Part shown: piece by piece, positions 32,301-39,377 of the stretch | Layout of the letters: the number at the start of each line of letters is the position of its first letter | How positions within the stretch are numbered: the stretch's first letter is position 1 | Origin: an uncultured delta proteobacterium | Lineage (GTDB): Bacteria > Desulfobacterota > Syntrophia > Syntrophales > UBA5619 | Reading direction: 5' to 3' | Assembly: GCA_963817385.1 (NCBI GenBank) | Contig: CAWFOM010000025.1 | Coordinates: forward strand, 32,001-96,000 | DNA: 64,000 nt | Notes under the pieces: model-generated | What the model was told of the DNA's origin: nothing | Database searches by the model: none | The model's input: the letters and a program-made list of their open reading frames with translations, nothing else | Made by a program: the position numbers and the translations under genes

Positions 32301-33915
32301 TCGTGAGCCTGCGGTTGCGGAGACCGCGGCAGAAACAGCGAAGAAATAAAGGATTCTGAAACTCAGGTGTCAATATCGGCACTGCAGGAAGCTCAATACC
32401 ATAGAAATCGAAATAGGCTTTTGCGGCCTGATATTCTTGATCTGCGAAACCAACATGAACAGCCCGAACTGCCCTATCAGGTACTAAGCTGTCTGGTATC
32501 ACCAGATTTTCGTAAGAACTGCGGACGCTCACGGCAATTGCAATCCATGGATGGTGGCTAAGGCAGGCCAACATCGAGGGTAGGTGGCTTTCCCACATGC
32601 TTCGGTCCTCGCCTTCATTAAGGGCATCAATGAATAGGAGAGTGCGTCTGCCGGAGAGCTGCGCAGCCGACTCCAGCGCACCCAAGAACTCGTCTCTAGT
32701 GCACGATAGGCCAAGCATACGCAGAATCTGTCCCCATGGCTCCTCATTGCGGAACTTGTTTCCAAGGAGGAGAACAGCTGGCGAACCAGCGGCAACATGC
32801 TGCCGCGCGGCGTCGCTGAAAAGGTGGGTCTTTCCTGTGCCAGCTGATCCGATGAGGATGAGCACTGGTGTATTGGCAAGCTTTGCAACGTCAGACTCGA
32901 CGAATGCCTCTAAATCTCTTAGCTTCTCTTCAATGCGCCACAGGCTATGCCGGGCGTATCCGAGATCTTCCCTTGAATACTTTCCTGCCTTTTCCTTTGT
33001 TTCATCCGATTTGCCATCATGCGCCTTCTGGGCGAGCTCATGTAACACATCCTCGATGTCAGACACGCAGGCGACCAGTTTCCTTGATTGACGACGCATT
33101 TCCGGCCAATCAATAGTCTCTACTCCGGGTTTGTCATAGCACTTGGCGAGTTCAATGATCTGTGCCATCTCCTGGGAAAAACTCTCCACTTTCCCAGGCG
33201 CGCCTTCTTCCAAGGCTCGTAAAGAGCCTTTCGACCAAGTTTTTCCGATACCTCCATAAGCTTGTTGAAATCGTGAAAGGAAAGCTGGTGAACGTGAGAG
33301 GCCATCAAACAATGCCGAGATAGGCAACCGAACATTCAACTCTGGAGTGTAGCGGGGTCCGACTGCTGCGATTGCCTCTTCCAAGCGTTGTTGAAACCAT
33401 TGTGGTGCGAAGAGTTCTTCACGAAACCAAAAAAAATACCTACCTCGATGTTCGTCACGCGATAATCTCTCTGCAATCTCATGAGTACCCCAGAAGCGAA
33501 ACTCGACGCTTATGCTCTTAGCAGCGGCCCACTCCTGCCACTTAGCAACCCGTTTGTTCCATTGATCAAGGAATGATTCCGAACCTTCATGACGCGCATC
33601 TGCGCGATCGAGAGCCATGCAAATCGTATAGCGCTGAAGGGCAGGGTGTTTTTCGAGAGCCGTCTTCACAGAGGAATCAACCTGCCCCCACTGAGTTGGA
33701 GACGGCGGTGAAGTGAAGAATTTCGTCTGCCAGCCTTCTTCCACACCTGATGGGAGTTTCCAAAAACACTCGACCCCTGCGTCGGGAACGCCTTTGCGAA
33801 CAAACGTGCTGCCGGAAGGTTGCGGTTCGTAGTAAGCCAACTGGCATACCAGTTCCTCAAACGCAGTTGCTTGGGAACCGTTCCATGGACGAAGCCTATT
33901 CCACTCCACTGGCAC
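29314..33915 (-). CDS. STAND/NACHT NTPase with N-terminal Mrr-like nuclease; AVAST (Avs2-like) anti-phage candidate
   Basis: AFEELVCQL, DAGVE...GWQTK (D..QxK nuclease), Walker A GSAGTGKT, Walker B FIDALNE, RDRATKAL, ERLYAVAYG, ERIGKKYQWIA; lower GC than flanks. Confidence 0.8.
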   Translation of the reverse strand: MPVEWNRLRPWNGSQATAFEELVCQLAYYEPQPSGSTFVRKGVPDAGVECFWKLPSGVEEGWQTKFFTSPPSPTQWGQVDSSVKTALEKHPALQRYTICMALDRADARHEGSESFLDQWNKRVAKWQEWAAAKSISVEFRFWGTHEIAERLSRDEHRGRYFFWFREELFAPQWFQQRLEEAIAAVGPRYTPELNVRLPISALFDGLSRSPAFLSRFQQAYGGIGKTWSKGSLRALEEGAPGKVESFSQEMAQIIELAKCYDKPGVETIDWPEMRRQSRKLVACVSDIEDVLHELAQKAHDGKSDETKEKAGKYSREDLGYARHSLWRIEEKLRDLEAFVESDVAKLANTPVLILIGSAGTGKTHLFSDAARQHVAAGSPAVLLLGNKFRNEEPWGQILRMLGLSCTRDEFLGALESAAQLSGRRTLLFIDALNEGEDRSMWESHLPSMLACLSHHPWIAIAVSVRSSYENLVIPDSLVPDRAVRAVHVGFADQEYQAAKAYFDFYGIELPAVPILTPEFQNPLFLRCFCRGLRNRRLTRIPTGIRGISSVFDFFLSSVNEKLARPTFLDYDEKSRLVSQATQKIAELISERASHAIPREEARVICDELLPDRSFENSLFRHLLSEGVLTETVCNADSAQHQEMITFSYERLADHLVMRELLDKHVDRDNPTASFDRGMPLGECFADEMACWQNRGLAEALAIQGPEILGMEIFELIPATQDAHPICEAFIESLLWRDPKTVSDRCLPYINEHIIGEQDLERKLLNAFLTISPNPEHPFNADFLHSHLMSLELPDRDVQWSIFLYDEYGEKGSVDRLIDWAWSEIAKSHLSDESIRLVGKVLVWFLTTSHRFLRDRATKALVSLFVDRMHVLCQVIPEFVKVNDPYVLERLYAVAYGCALRSNNSEAKRQLGKIVYELVFKDDSPPCHILLRDYARGVVEVALRDSVNLTDVQPEKVRPPYISKWPLDIPPKEEIEKYGEWSQGMPDEEWALHSIYNSVMGSEDFARYILGSDRGKLHWSARRLNEPRIPSRKEQYDAFEDSLAERQRKAWDSYLKIKHIVELYHRLDAANRREMFNRKFTDDELAAALHQAEGIFRKTLGKKKTFVFCTTVLPYLDASPAEQDEFALPVSIAQRWIFKRVIDLGWTVERFGRFDRYRERYRDTGRSAYKPERIGKKYQWIAYHEFLAHMADNLEFRENIWSEKSNVYVGPWQLGRRDIDPSCLLKATRRSEWEPNVSAWWAPVLFDDWATEPDEVQWRKRIDLLPTITPLPVVTDPHTGREWLVLECFYDWEEPTPPEKDRFNISRRNIWYMLKSYLVKAEDEARFYDWANEQHFMGSRMPESSEQTSICLGEFFWAPAFKYFDDSYYSRDGWTRGHADPPLPCDVLVTTDQYMQERSGYDCSIDETISMYLPAKWITNNMQLSWRGVDGCFFNAAGDLVTQDPSIRNPGPRAFLMDKECMSAFLETKGYRLVWTLLGEKDIRGGWQRDENWPGRMELSGCMRIKEGRLDGVATAFWVTTGPERTEIGKIGIP

Positions 33916-33983
33916 AGATCACCCCATTTTCTACTGGTCAATCACCATTCTCTAAGCGGCTTGCATTTAGCTTCTTTATAAAG

Positions 33984-34038
33984 CCCTAACGATATGGCTC
34001 TACGGCCACTATCCGTCCGCAGCAGCTTCTTGTTAGCG
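33984..34038 (-). mobile_element. Integron attC site
   Basis: Minus strand CGCTAAC-AAGAA-GCT(G)CTGCGG(A)C ... GCCGTAGAGC-CATATC-GTTAGGG; stop codon inside the inverse core, L boxes pair around an unpaired base, 5/6-nt spacers. Confidence 0.75.
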
Positions 34039-34908
34039 TTCCCGCGATGCGCGAATCTTACCAGCCATATCCTTCCAAAGATCGCTCTTGATCGCGGGCT
34101 GTAATGATTGTTCATCCGTCCTTAGCGCTTCTGTGATCGGCGCATGGAACTCATTGATTAGCTTCAAAATACACATGGATGGCAGTATCGACATGTTCGA
34201 AGCAGTCAAGATAGCTGCCTTGTGACGCTTTAAGAGGTTATCCATGAGCTGCCGGTCGATCAATTCCTTATGGAGAATTAAGGAATGTTCTTTTGTCGAG
34301 AGCAGGAATGGAAGTAGAGAGATCGCTGATGGATGGGCGACTTGGCATAGCTCAGCGTAGAGATCGATAACTCCTTGATCCGCAATCGAATCAAGGTAGG
34401 TTCTTACCTGTTTGGCCGCGTGACTATTGGGAACGGCGGCTTTTTCTGACATCGAGATTTTCCTCGCGAAGACATAATGAATCAATTCATCTTCAATACT
34501 TTCCGAAAGAAACACTTTTGTTGCATCCCCTTTCAGTGCATTTTCGATGGTTGCGAAGTTAGTGCAGATAGGATCAATGATTCTGCCTGCTGTGTAGAAA
34601 GTGTCGGCACATGCTTCAACGAGGCCCCGAAGGGATGCGGAAAGACCGTAGTAGTTGTCAGCGTTGTAGGTACTATTAGCTGCATCATACCATTTCTTGA
34701 CCCGTTTGATGCTCGTCGCAGCACAGACATGCATCCTCTGGACGATTTCGCTCCAGTAAACGAGCTGCATCTCTGCAATCGAGTCAATCTTCAAAAAATC
34801 TTCCCCGGAAGTGTAATTGTACACGACTCCACGGATGTTTGGTTCGACGTCCATAATCACGCTGTAAAGAGGACTGAGTTGCGGTTCTGGTTTATTATTT
34901 GAAACCAT
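34033..34908 (-). CDS. Hypothetical protein, HEPN/DUF5677-like, in a gene cassette
   Basis: SLRGLVE and YAELCQVAHP motifs; AT-rich; bounded by GTTAACC upstream and attC downstream. Confidence 0.6.
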   Translation of the reverse strand: MVSNNKPEPQLSPLYSVIMDVEPNIRGVVYNYTSGEDFLKIDSIAEMQLVYWSEIVQRMHVCAATSIKRVKKWYDAANSTYNADNYYGLSASLRGLVEACADTFYTAGRIIDPICTNFATIENALKGDATKVFLSESIEDELIHYVFARKISMSEKAAVPNSHAAKQVRTYLDSIADQGVIDLYAELCQVAHPSAISLLPFLLSTKEHSLILHKELIDRQLMDNLLKRHKAAILTASNMSILPSMCILKLINEFHAPITEALRTDEQSLQPAIKSDLWKDMAGKIRASRER

Positions 34909-34924
34909 GAGGCAGCCTTTTTTT

Positions 34925-34947
34925 GGTTAACACGGTGCTCACTGACG
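34925..34947 (-). mobile_element. 3' half of an attC site (cassette start)
   Basis: Minus strand CGTCAGTGAGC-ACCGT-GTTAACC, 16 nt before the ATG; 5' half absent. Confidence 0.45.
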
Positions 34948-34977
34948 TGGCGCGCCGATATGCCATTTCGCAGGCCC

Positions 34978-35210
34978 CAATCCTTCAGGGCACCCATCGT
35001 GAGGTCCTGGACAATGGACTTCCGGACGAAGAAAGCGAAAATGGAAACCGGCAGGACGATGAGCGTTGCCGCGGCGCCGCTCCCCGCCCAGTCGATCTTT
35101 CCGTAGGAGATGAAATTGTAGACCGCAACCGACACTGTTTTCGTCTTCTGTCCCGAGAGGATCAGCGAGAAGAGAAACTGGTTCCAGGAGAAGATGAGGG
35201 ACATGATCGC
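34978..35210 (-). pseudogene. Diverged copy of the 3' end of the sugar ABC permease (partner 37405-37637)
   Basis: Encodes FSWNQFLFSLILSG..KSIVQDLTMGALKD; many synonymous differences; stop changed TGA to TGG. Confidence 0.9.
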
Positions 35211-35392
35211 TAGTGCTCCAACCCCAAGTAACGCAAAATGTGCTCAACCAAGTGCTCGTCGATCTCGCTGTGCCGAGGAACCGGCTGCTTCTTTCCTGTC
35301 TTCGGATTTACGTAGATGTCGTGATTGCTATCAGACCTAAGAAGAACGCATCCCTCATGCTGAAGTTTGCGAAGCAACTCCCGGCGTTTCAT
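35210..35392 (-). CDS. hicA: HicA family toxin (copy 2)
   Basis: MKRRELLRKL..GCVLLRS.SNHDIY.NP...PVPRH.EI. Confidence 0.92.
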   Translation of the reverse strand: MKRRELLRKLQHEGCVLLRSDSNHDIYVNPKTGKKQPVPRHSEIDEHLVEHILRYLGLEH

Positions 35393-35806
35393 GTCATAAC
35401 CACTTCGCGGATTTGGTAATCTTCAGGCACCTCGTCAAGAGCCATCAGCATGAACGCCTCACGGATGTTTTGCTCCAGTTCCTCGAGGGTCCGCCCCTGT
35501 GTCATTATTTCGGGGTGTTCGAGCAGTTTGCCCACCCAGAACTTTTTGCTCTTCCAGTAAACCATGGTCATCCGGCTGAATGCCGACGGCCCTGCTGTTC
35601 CTGTATTCGCGGCGGAATGAGCGGCGTTCTCGAGCACCTTCAACAGGAACTCCTTTTGCGATACTCGCTTCGCGTGACGCTCGTTTTCGATCCACTCGTA
35701 CAGTGCTTCCGGCACGTCCCTTATGTGAATCTGCTTTGTGGCCATTGTGCACCTCTCTGGCAAGTATTGATATCTATGATAGCAATTATTCCCAGCGGCG
35801 TCAATA
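35214..35806 (-). repeat. ~590-bp near-identical direct repeat of 36775-37367 (promoter + hicB-like + hicA)
   Basis: Colinear with constant offset 1561 and only scattered substitutions; begins just 5' of the TTGACG -35. Confidence 0.93.
35389..35745 (-). CDS. hicB: HicB-like antitoxin with N-terminal RHH-like domain (copy 2)
   Basis: WVGKLLEHPEIMTQGRTLEELEQNIREA HicB core; N-terminal KQIHIRDVPEALY; GAGAGGTG RBS. Confidence 0.82.
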   Translation of the reverse strand: MATKQIHIRDVPEALYEWIENERHAKRVSQKEFLLKVLENAAHSAANTGTAGPSAFSRMTMVYWKSKKFWVGKLLEHPEIMTQGRTLEELEQNIREAFMLMALDEVPEDYQIREVVMT

Positions 35807-35810
35807 CACT

Positions 35811-35926
35811 GGCAGACCGGCGGCGCGCACAGGGCGAAGGCCCCCCCCATAGAAGAGAATCGCTTTCACGTTCTTGATCGTTCCGGTTCCGATCATTATC
35901 GGTCCCTATCGGCGCGGAAGGTGCCC
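35811..35926 (-). pseudogene. Diverged copy of the 5' end and upstream region of the sugar ABC permease (partner ~38150-38262)
   Basis: MIGTGTIKNVKAILFY..ALCAPP vs MTGTGMIKNLKAILFY..GLCAPP. Confidence 0.8.
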
Positions 35927-35980
35927 ATTGTGGTCGTGGGAAACAGGTTTATATTTCAATTCACCCATTCTGCACTTCCT

Positions 35981-36328
35981 TCAGCCCGAACTTGCGGAAT
36001 TACCACCTTCCGTCTTGGAGGCAATGTCTTCAAATTGATTGATCTGAACGGACCCATCGGGGAACTTGGCGATTATTTCCAAGTCGCCCCCCATGGCCTT
36101 GATTACATTTCTCAATGTGCTGACGTACATGTCCGTCCGCTTTTCAAGTTTCGATACCGCGGCCTGCTTGACGGACAACGTTTGTGCCAATTGCTCCTGG
36201 CTGAGATTCCTGGCATGCCGTAATTCCTGCAACGGCATCGCTTCGAGTAAGGCTTTTGTTTTCTCCGCGCCCCTTTTGCGTGCCGCAGGCTTCATTTTGG
36301 CCCTGAGCATGGAGTAAGGTTTCGTCAT
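35981..36328 (-). CDS. XRE/HigA-like HTH antitoxin
   Basis: LQELRHARNLSQEQLA..KQAAVSKLEKRTDMYVSTLR..GGDLEIIAKFP. Confidence 0.9.
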   Translation of the reverse strand: MTKPYSMLRAKMKPAARKRGAEKTKALLEAMPLQELRHARNLSQEQLAQTLSVKQAAVSKLEKRTDMYVSTLRNVIKAMGGDLEIIAKFPDGSVQINQFEDIASKTEGGNSASSG

Positions 36329-36340
36329 GGTTACCCTCCT

Positions 36341-36691
36341 TTATTCATTCTTCAAATCCCGTACATGCTGTTCGTAAATCCTCTCGGCCATAGGCACAAA
36401 TTTGTCATACCACCGTGCGCCTCCTGCCTTTTTCCCGCCGAGAAGCAAGATGGCTACTCTGCGGGGATCAAACACATACAGTATCCTGTATGGCTTCCCT
36501 TTGTGCTGGATTCTTAGCTCTCTCATCGAGCCGTACCTTGCTCCCTTAACTTCCGAGCTGTAGGGGTACGGCAGATTCGGTCCTTTGTCTTCCAATAAAC
36601 CAACGACCGCATCGATATCGATCTGTTCTTCTTCCGTCAGACCGACCCACCATGCTTCAAATTCGTCGGTGTACTCAACTCCCCATGCCAT
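36341..36691 (-). CDS. RelE/HigB-like toxin (Gp49/DUF891 type)
   Basis: WGVEYTDEFEAWW, GPNLPYPYS, MRELR, RILYVFDPRR.AILLLGG. Confidence 0.9.
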   Translation of the reverse strand: MAWGVEYTDEFEAWWVGLTEEEQIDIDAVVGLLEDKGPNLPYPYSSEVKGARYGSMRELRIQHKGKPYRILYVFDPRRVAILLLGGKKAGGARWYDKFVPMAERIYEQHVRDLKNE

Positions 36692-36697
36692 GGAAGG

Positions 36698-36726
36698 AAT
36701 ATAACCTCAAAGGAATATATAGTCAA
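36698..36726 (-). promoter_or_regulatory. Sigma70 promoter of the toxin-antitoxin pair with overlapping operator-like dyad
   Basis: TTGACT-17 nt-TATATT, 6 nt before ATG; ATATATTCCT/AGGTTATAT imperfect inverted repeat. Confidence 0.7.
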
Positions 36727-36764
36727 CTGTTTTTTACCCCTGAAAGATGATGCACCAGGGAATC

Positions 36765-36953
36765 TTATTGCGACTGCTCTGCCCCTAGGTAACGCAAAAT
36801 ATGCTCAACTAAGTGCTCGTCGATCTCGCTGTGCCGAGGAACCGGCTGCTTCTTTCGTGTCTTCGGATTTACGTAGATGTCGTGATTGCTACCGGACCTC
36901 AGAAGAACGCATCCCTCATGCTGAAGTTTGCGAAGCAACTCCCGGCGCTTCAT
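36765..36953 (-). CDS. hicA: HicA family toxin (copy 1)
   Basis: As copy 2, with canonical GSNH. Confidence 0.92.
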   Translation of the reverse strand: MKRRELLRKLQHEGCVLLRSGSNHDIYVNPKTRKKQPVPRHSEIDEHLVEHILRYLGAEQSQ

Positions 36954-37306
36954 GTCATAACCACTTCGCGGATTTGGTAATCTTCAGGCACCTCGTCAAG
37001 AGCCATCAGCATGAACGCCTCACGGATGTTTTGCTCCAGTTCCTCAAGCGTCCGCCCCTGTGTCATTATTTCGGGGTGTTCGAGCAGTTTGCTCACCCAG
37101 AACTTTTTGCTCTTCCAGTAAACCATGGTCATCCGGCTGAATGCCGACGGCCCTGCTGTTCCTGTATTCGCGGCGGAATAAGCGGCGTTCTCGAGCACCT
37201 TCAACAGGAACTCCTTTTGCGATACTCGCTTCGCGTGACGCTCGGTTTCGATCCACTCGTACAGTGCTTCCGGCACGTCCCTTATGTGAATCTGCTTTGT
37301 GGCCAT
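36950..37306 (-). CDS. hicB: HicB-like antitoxin with N-terminal RHH-like domain (copy 1)
   Basis: As copy 2; WVSK instead of WVGK. Confidence 0.82.
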   Translation of the reverse strand: MATKQIHIRDVPEALYEWIETERHAKRVSQKEFLLKVLENAAYSAANTGTAGPSAFSRMTMVYWKSKKFWVSKLLEHPEIMTQGRTLEELEQNIREAFMLMALDEVPEDYQIREVVMT

Positions 37307-37336
37307 TGTGCACCTCTCTGGCAAGTATTGATATCT

Positions 37337-37365
37337 ATGATAGCAATTATTCCCAGCGGCGTCAA
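37337..37365 (-). promoter_or_regulatory. Sigma70 promoter of hicBA (also present in the duplicate)
   Basis: TTGACG-17 nt-TATCAT with TG extension; TATCA repeats downstream. Confidence 0.65.
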
Positions 37366-37403
37366 TATGCTGTCGAAGGGCCGTCGCGCCGCAGGCGAAA
37401 GCC

Positions 37404-38237
37404 TCAATCCTTCAGGGCGCCCATCGTGAGGCCTTGGACGATCGACTTCCGCACGAAGAAGGCGAAGACCGAAACCGGCAGGACGATCAGGGTGGCGGCG
37501 GCGCCGATCCCGGCCCAGTCGATCTTTCCGTAGGAGATGAAGTTGTAGACCGCGACCGGCACCGTCTTGGTCTTCGGTCCGGAGAGGATCAGCGAGAAGA
37601 GGAACTGGTTCCAGGAGAAGATGAAGGACATGATCGCCGAGGTGGCGATGCCGTTTCGCACCAGGGGGAGAACGATCCTCAGGAAACTCTGCGAGCGGGT
37701 GCAGCCGTCGATCATCGCCGCGTCCTCCAGCTCCGCCGGGATGCTCTCGAAGAAGGAGACCATGAGCCAGATCACCATCGGCATCGTGATGATCAGGTGG
37801 GTGACGGTGAGCGCGGTGTAGGTGTCGATCAGCTTCAGGTAGCGGAAGATGATGTACCAGGGGAGCAGGTAGCTCACGAAGGGTGTCATCCGGGCAACCA
37901 GGACGATGAGGCCGATCTTGTTCTGCCGGTACTTGGCGATGGAATAGGCCGCCGGGAGCCCGAGCACCAGGGAGATGGCCGTGGCGAGGGTGGCGATGAT
38001 GAGGCTGTTCATCAGGTACAGAAAAAAGTTGTACTGCTGGAAGACCGCCCGGAAGTTCTCCAGGGTGGGCACGAAAATGAACTCCGGCGGGTAGGAGATG
38101 TTCTGAACGCCGGTCTTCAGGCCGGTCATGATCATCCAGGCGAACACGAAGAGCGGCGGCGCGCACAGGCCGACGGCCCCCGCATAAAAGAGGATCGCTT
38201 TCAGATTCTTGATCATTCCGGTTCCTGTCATCATCAT
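37404..38237 (-). CDS. Carbohydrate ABC transporter permease (MalG-like)
   Basis: ELEDAAMIDGC EAA loop, FSWNQF. Confidence 0.93.
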   Translation of the reverse strand: MMMTGTGMIKNLKAILFYAGAVGLCAPPLFVFAWMIMTGLKTGVQNISYPPEFIFVPTLENFRAVFQQYNFFLYLMNSLIIATLATAISLVLGLPAAYSIAKYRQNKIGLIVLVARMTPFVSYLLPWYIIFRYLKLIDTYTALTVTHLIITMPMVIWLMVSFFESIPAELEDAAMIDGCTRSQSFLRIVLPLVRNGIATSAIMSFIFSWNQFLFSLILSGPKTKTVPVAVYNFISYGKIDWAGIGAAATLIVLPVSVFAFFVRKSIVQGLTMGALKD

Positions 38238-38274
38238 TTCTCTATCGGCGCGGATGGTCCCGGCGCCGTCCCGG

Positions 38275-39168
38275 TTAAAGTGCGGGTGACTCGTGCCGCA
38301 GGCGGTTCATGAGCACGTTGAATACCAGCACGATCAGGAACACCACCACCATGAGGGCCGAGCCGTATCCGGCCTTGAAGAAGTTGAAGCCGACGTTGTA
38401 GGAATAGAGGTACAGCGTCTCGGACGCGATGCCCGGTCCCCCCTGGGTGATCGTGTAGAGCATGTCGAACTCCTTGAGGTTGTCCAGGGAGCGGAGCATC
38501 AGGGCCGCGATCAGGACCGGCCGGATCAGGGGGAGCGTGATGTACCAGAAGATCTGCAGGGCGTTGGCCCCGTCGAGCCGGGCGGCCTCGTAGGGATCGT
38601 TGGGGAGGGATTTGAGGCCGGCCAGGACGATGAGGGTGATCATCGGCGTCCACTTCCAGACGTCGACCATCACCAGGGACGGGATCACCATGTACTCGCT
38701 CGAGACCCAGAGGCTCGCGGGGAGCCCCACGCTCGTGAGCAGGTAATTGAGCACCCCGATCTCGGGGTTGAGCATGATCCGCCAGATCAGGGCCACGGCG
38801 ACCGGCGTCGCGGCGAACGGGATGATGTAGATCGCCTGGACGAGCTCGCTCCCCTTGAACGCCCGGTTGAAATAGATCGCGATCAGGAGCCCCAGCGCGA
38901 GCTCCAGGGCGAGGCTCGCCCCGCTGAAATAGACCATCACCTTCACGCCGTTCCAGACGCGTTCATCCCCGAAAAGCTCGATGAAGTTGTCAAAGCCGAT
39001 GAAGCGAGGCTGCCCGAGACCCACGGTCCATTTCGTGAAGGTCAGGTAGAGGTTGAAGGCGATGGGAAGGACGACGATCAGAAAAAGGACGGCCACCGCC
39101 GGCGCCGGGAAGAAGAAGGCCTGGCGGCGGTCGACGAAGCGGGAGATGGCGCTTGCGGCGTGCTTCAT
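38275..39168 (-). CDS. Carbohydrate ABC transporter permease (MalF-like)
   Basis: FIGFDNF, YEAARLDGA, TQGGPG. Confidence 0.93.
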   Translation of the reverse strand: MKHAASAISRFVDRRQAFFFPAPAVAVLFLIVVLPIAFNLYLTFTKWTVGLGQPRFIGFDNFIELFGDERVWNGVKVMVYFSGASLALELALGLLIAIYFNRAFKGSELVQAIYIIPFAATPVAVALIWRIMLNPEIGVLNYLLTSVGLPASLWVSSEYMVIPSLVMVDVWKWTPMITLIVLAGLKSLPNDPYEAARLDGANALQIFWYITLPLIRPVLIAALMLRSLDNLKEFDMLYTITQGGPGIASETLYLYSYNVGFNFFKAGYGSALMVVVFLIVLVFNVLMNRLRHESPAL

Positions 39169-39243
39169 AATACTGTTTCGTCCTGGGATGCCGGGCCCGG
39201 CCGTCTGTCGATGCGGCCGAACCCGGCGGTTACGTATTTACCG

Positions 39244-39368
39244 CGTCATTCCGGCGAAAGCCGGAATCCCAGATCAATCAGACTGGACACCGGCTTTCGC
39301 CGGTGTGACGTCTATGGATGCCGGATCAGCGCCTGTCCCGGACCTGATCCGGGATTCGCCGGAATGAC
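39244..39368. repeat. Composite REP-like palindromic element
   Basis: CGTCATTCCGGCGAAAGCCGGAATCC, its inverted partner GGACACCGGCTTTCGCCGGTGTGACG, and a further ...TTCGCCGGAATGAC end. Confidence 0.75.
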
Positions 39369-39377
39369 TGTTTCGGG

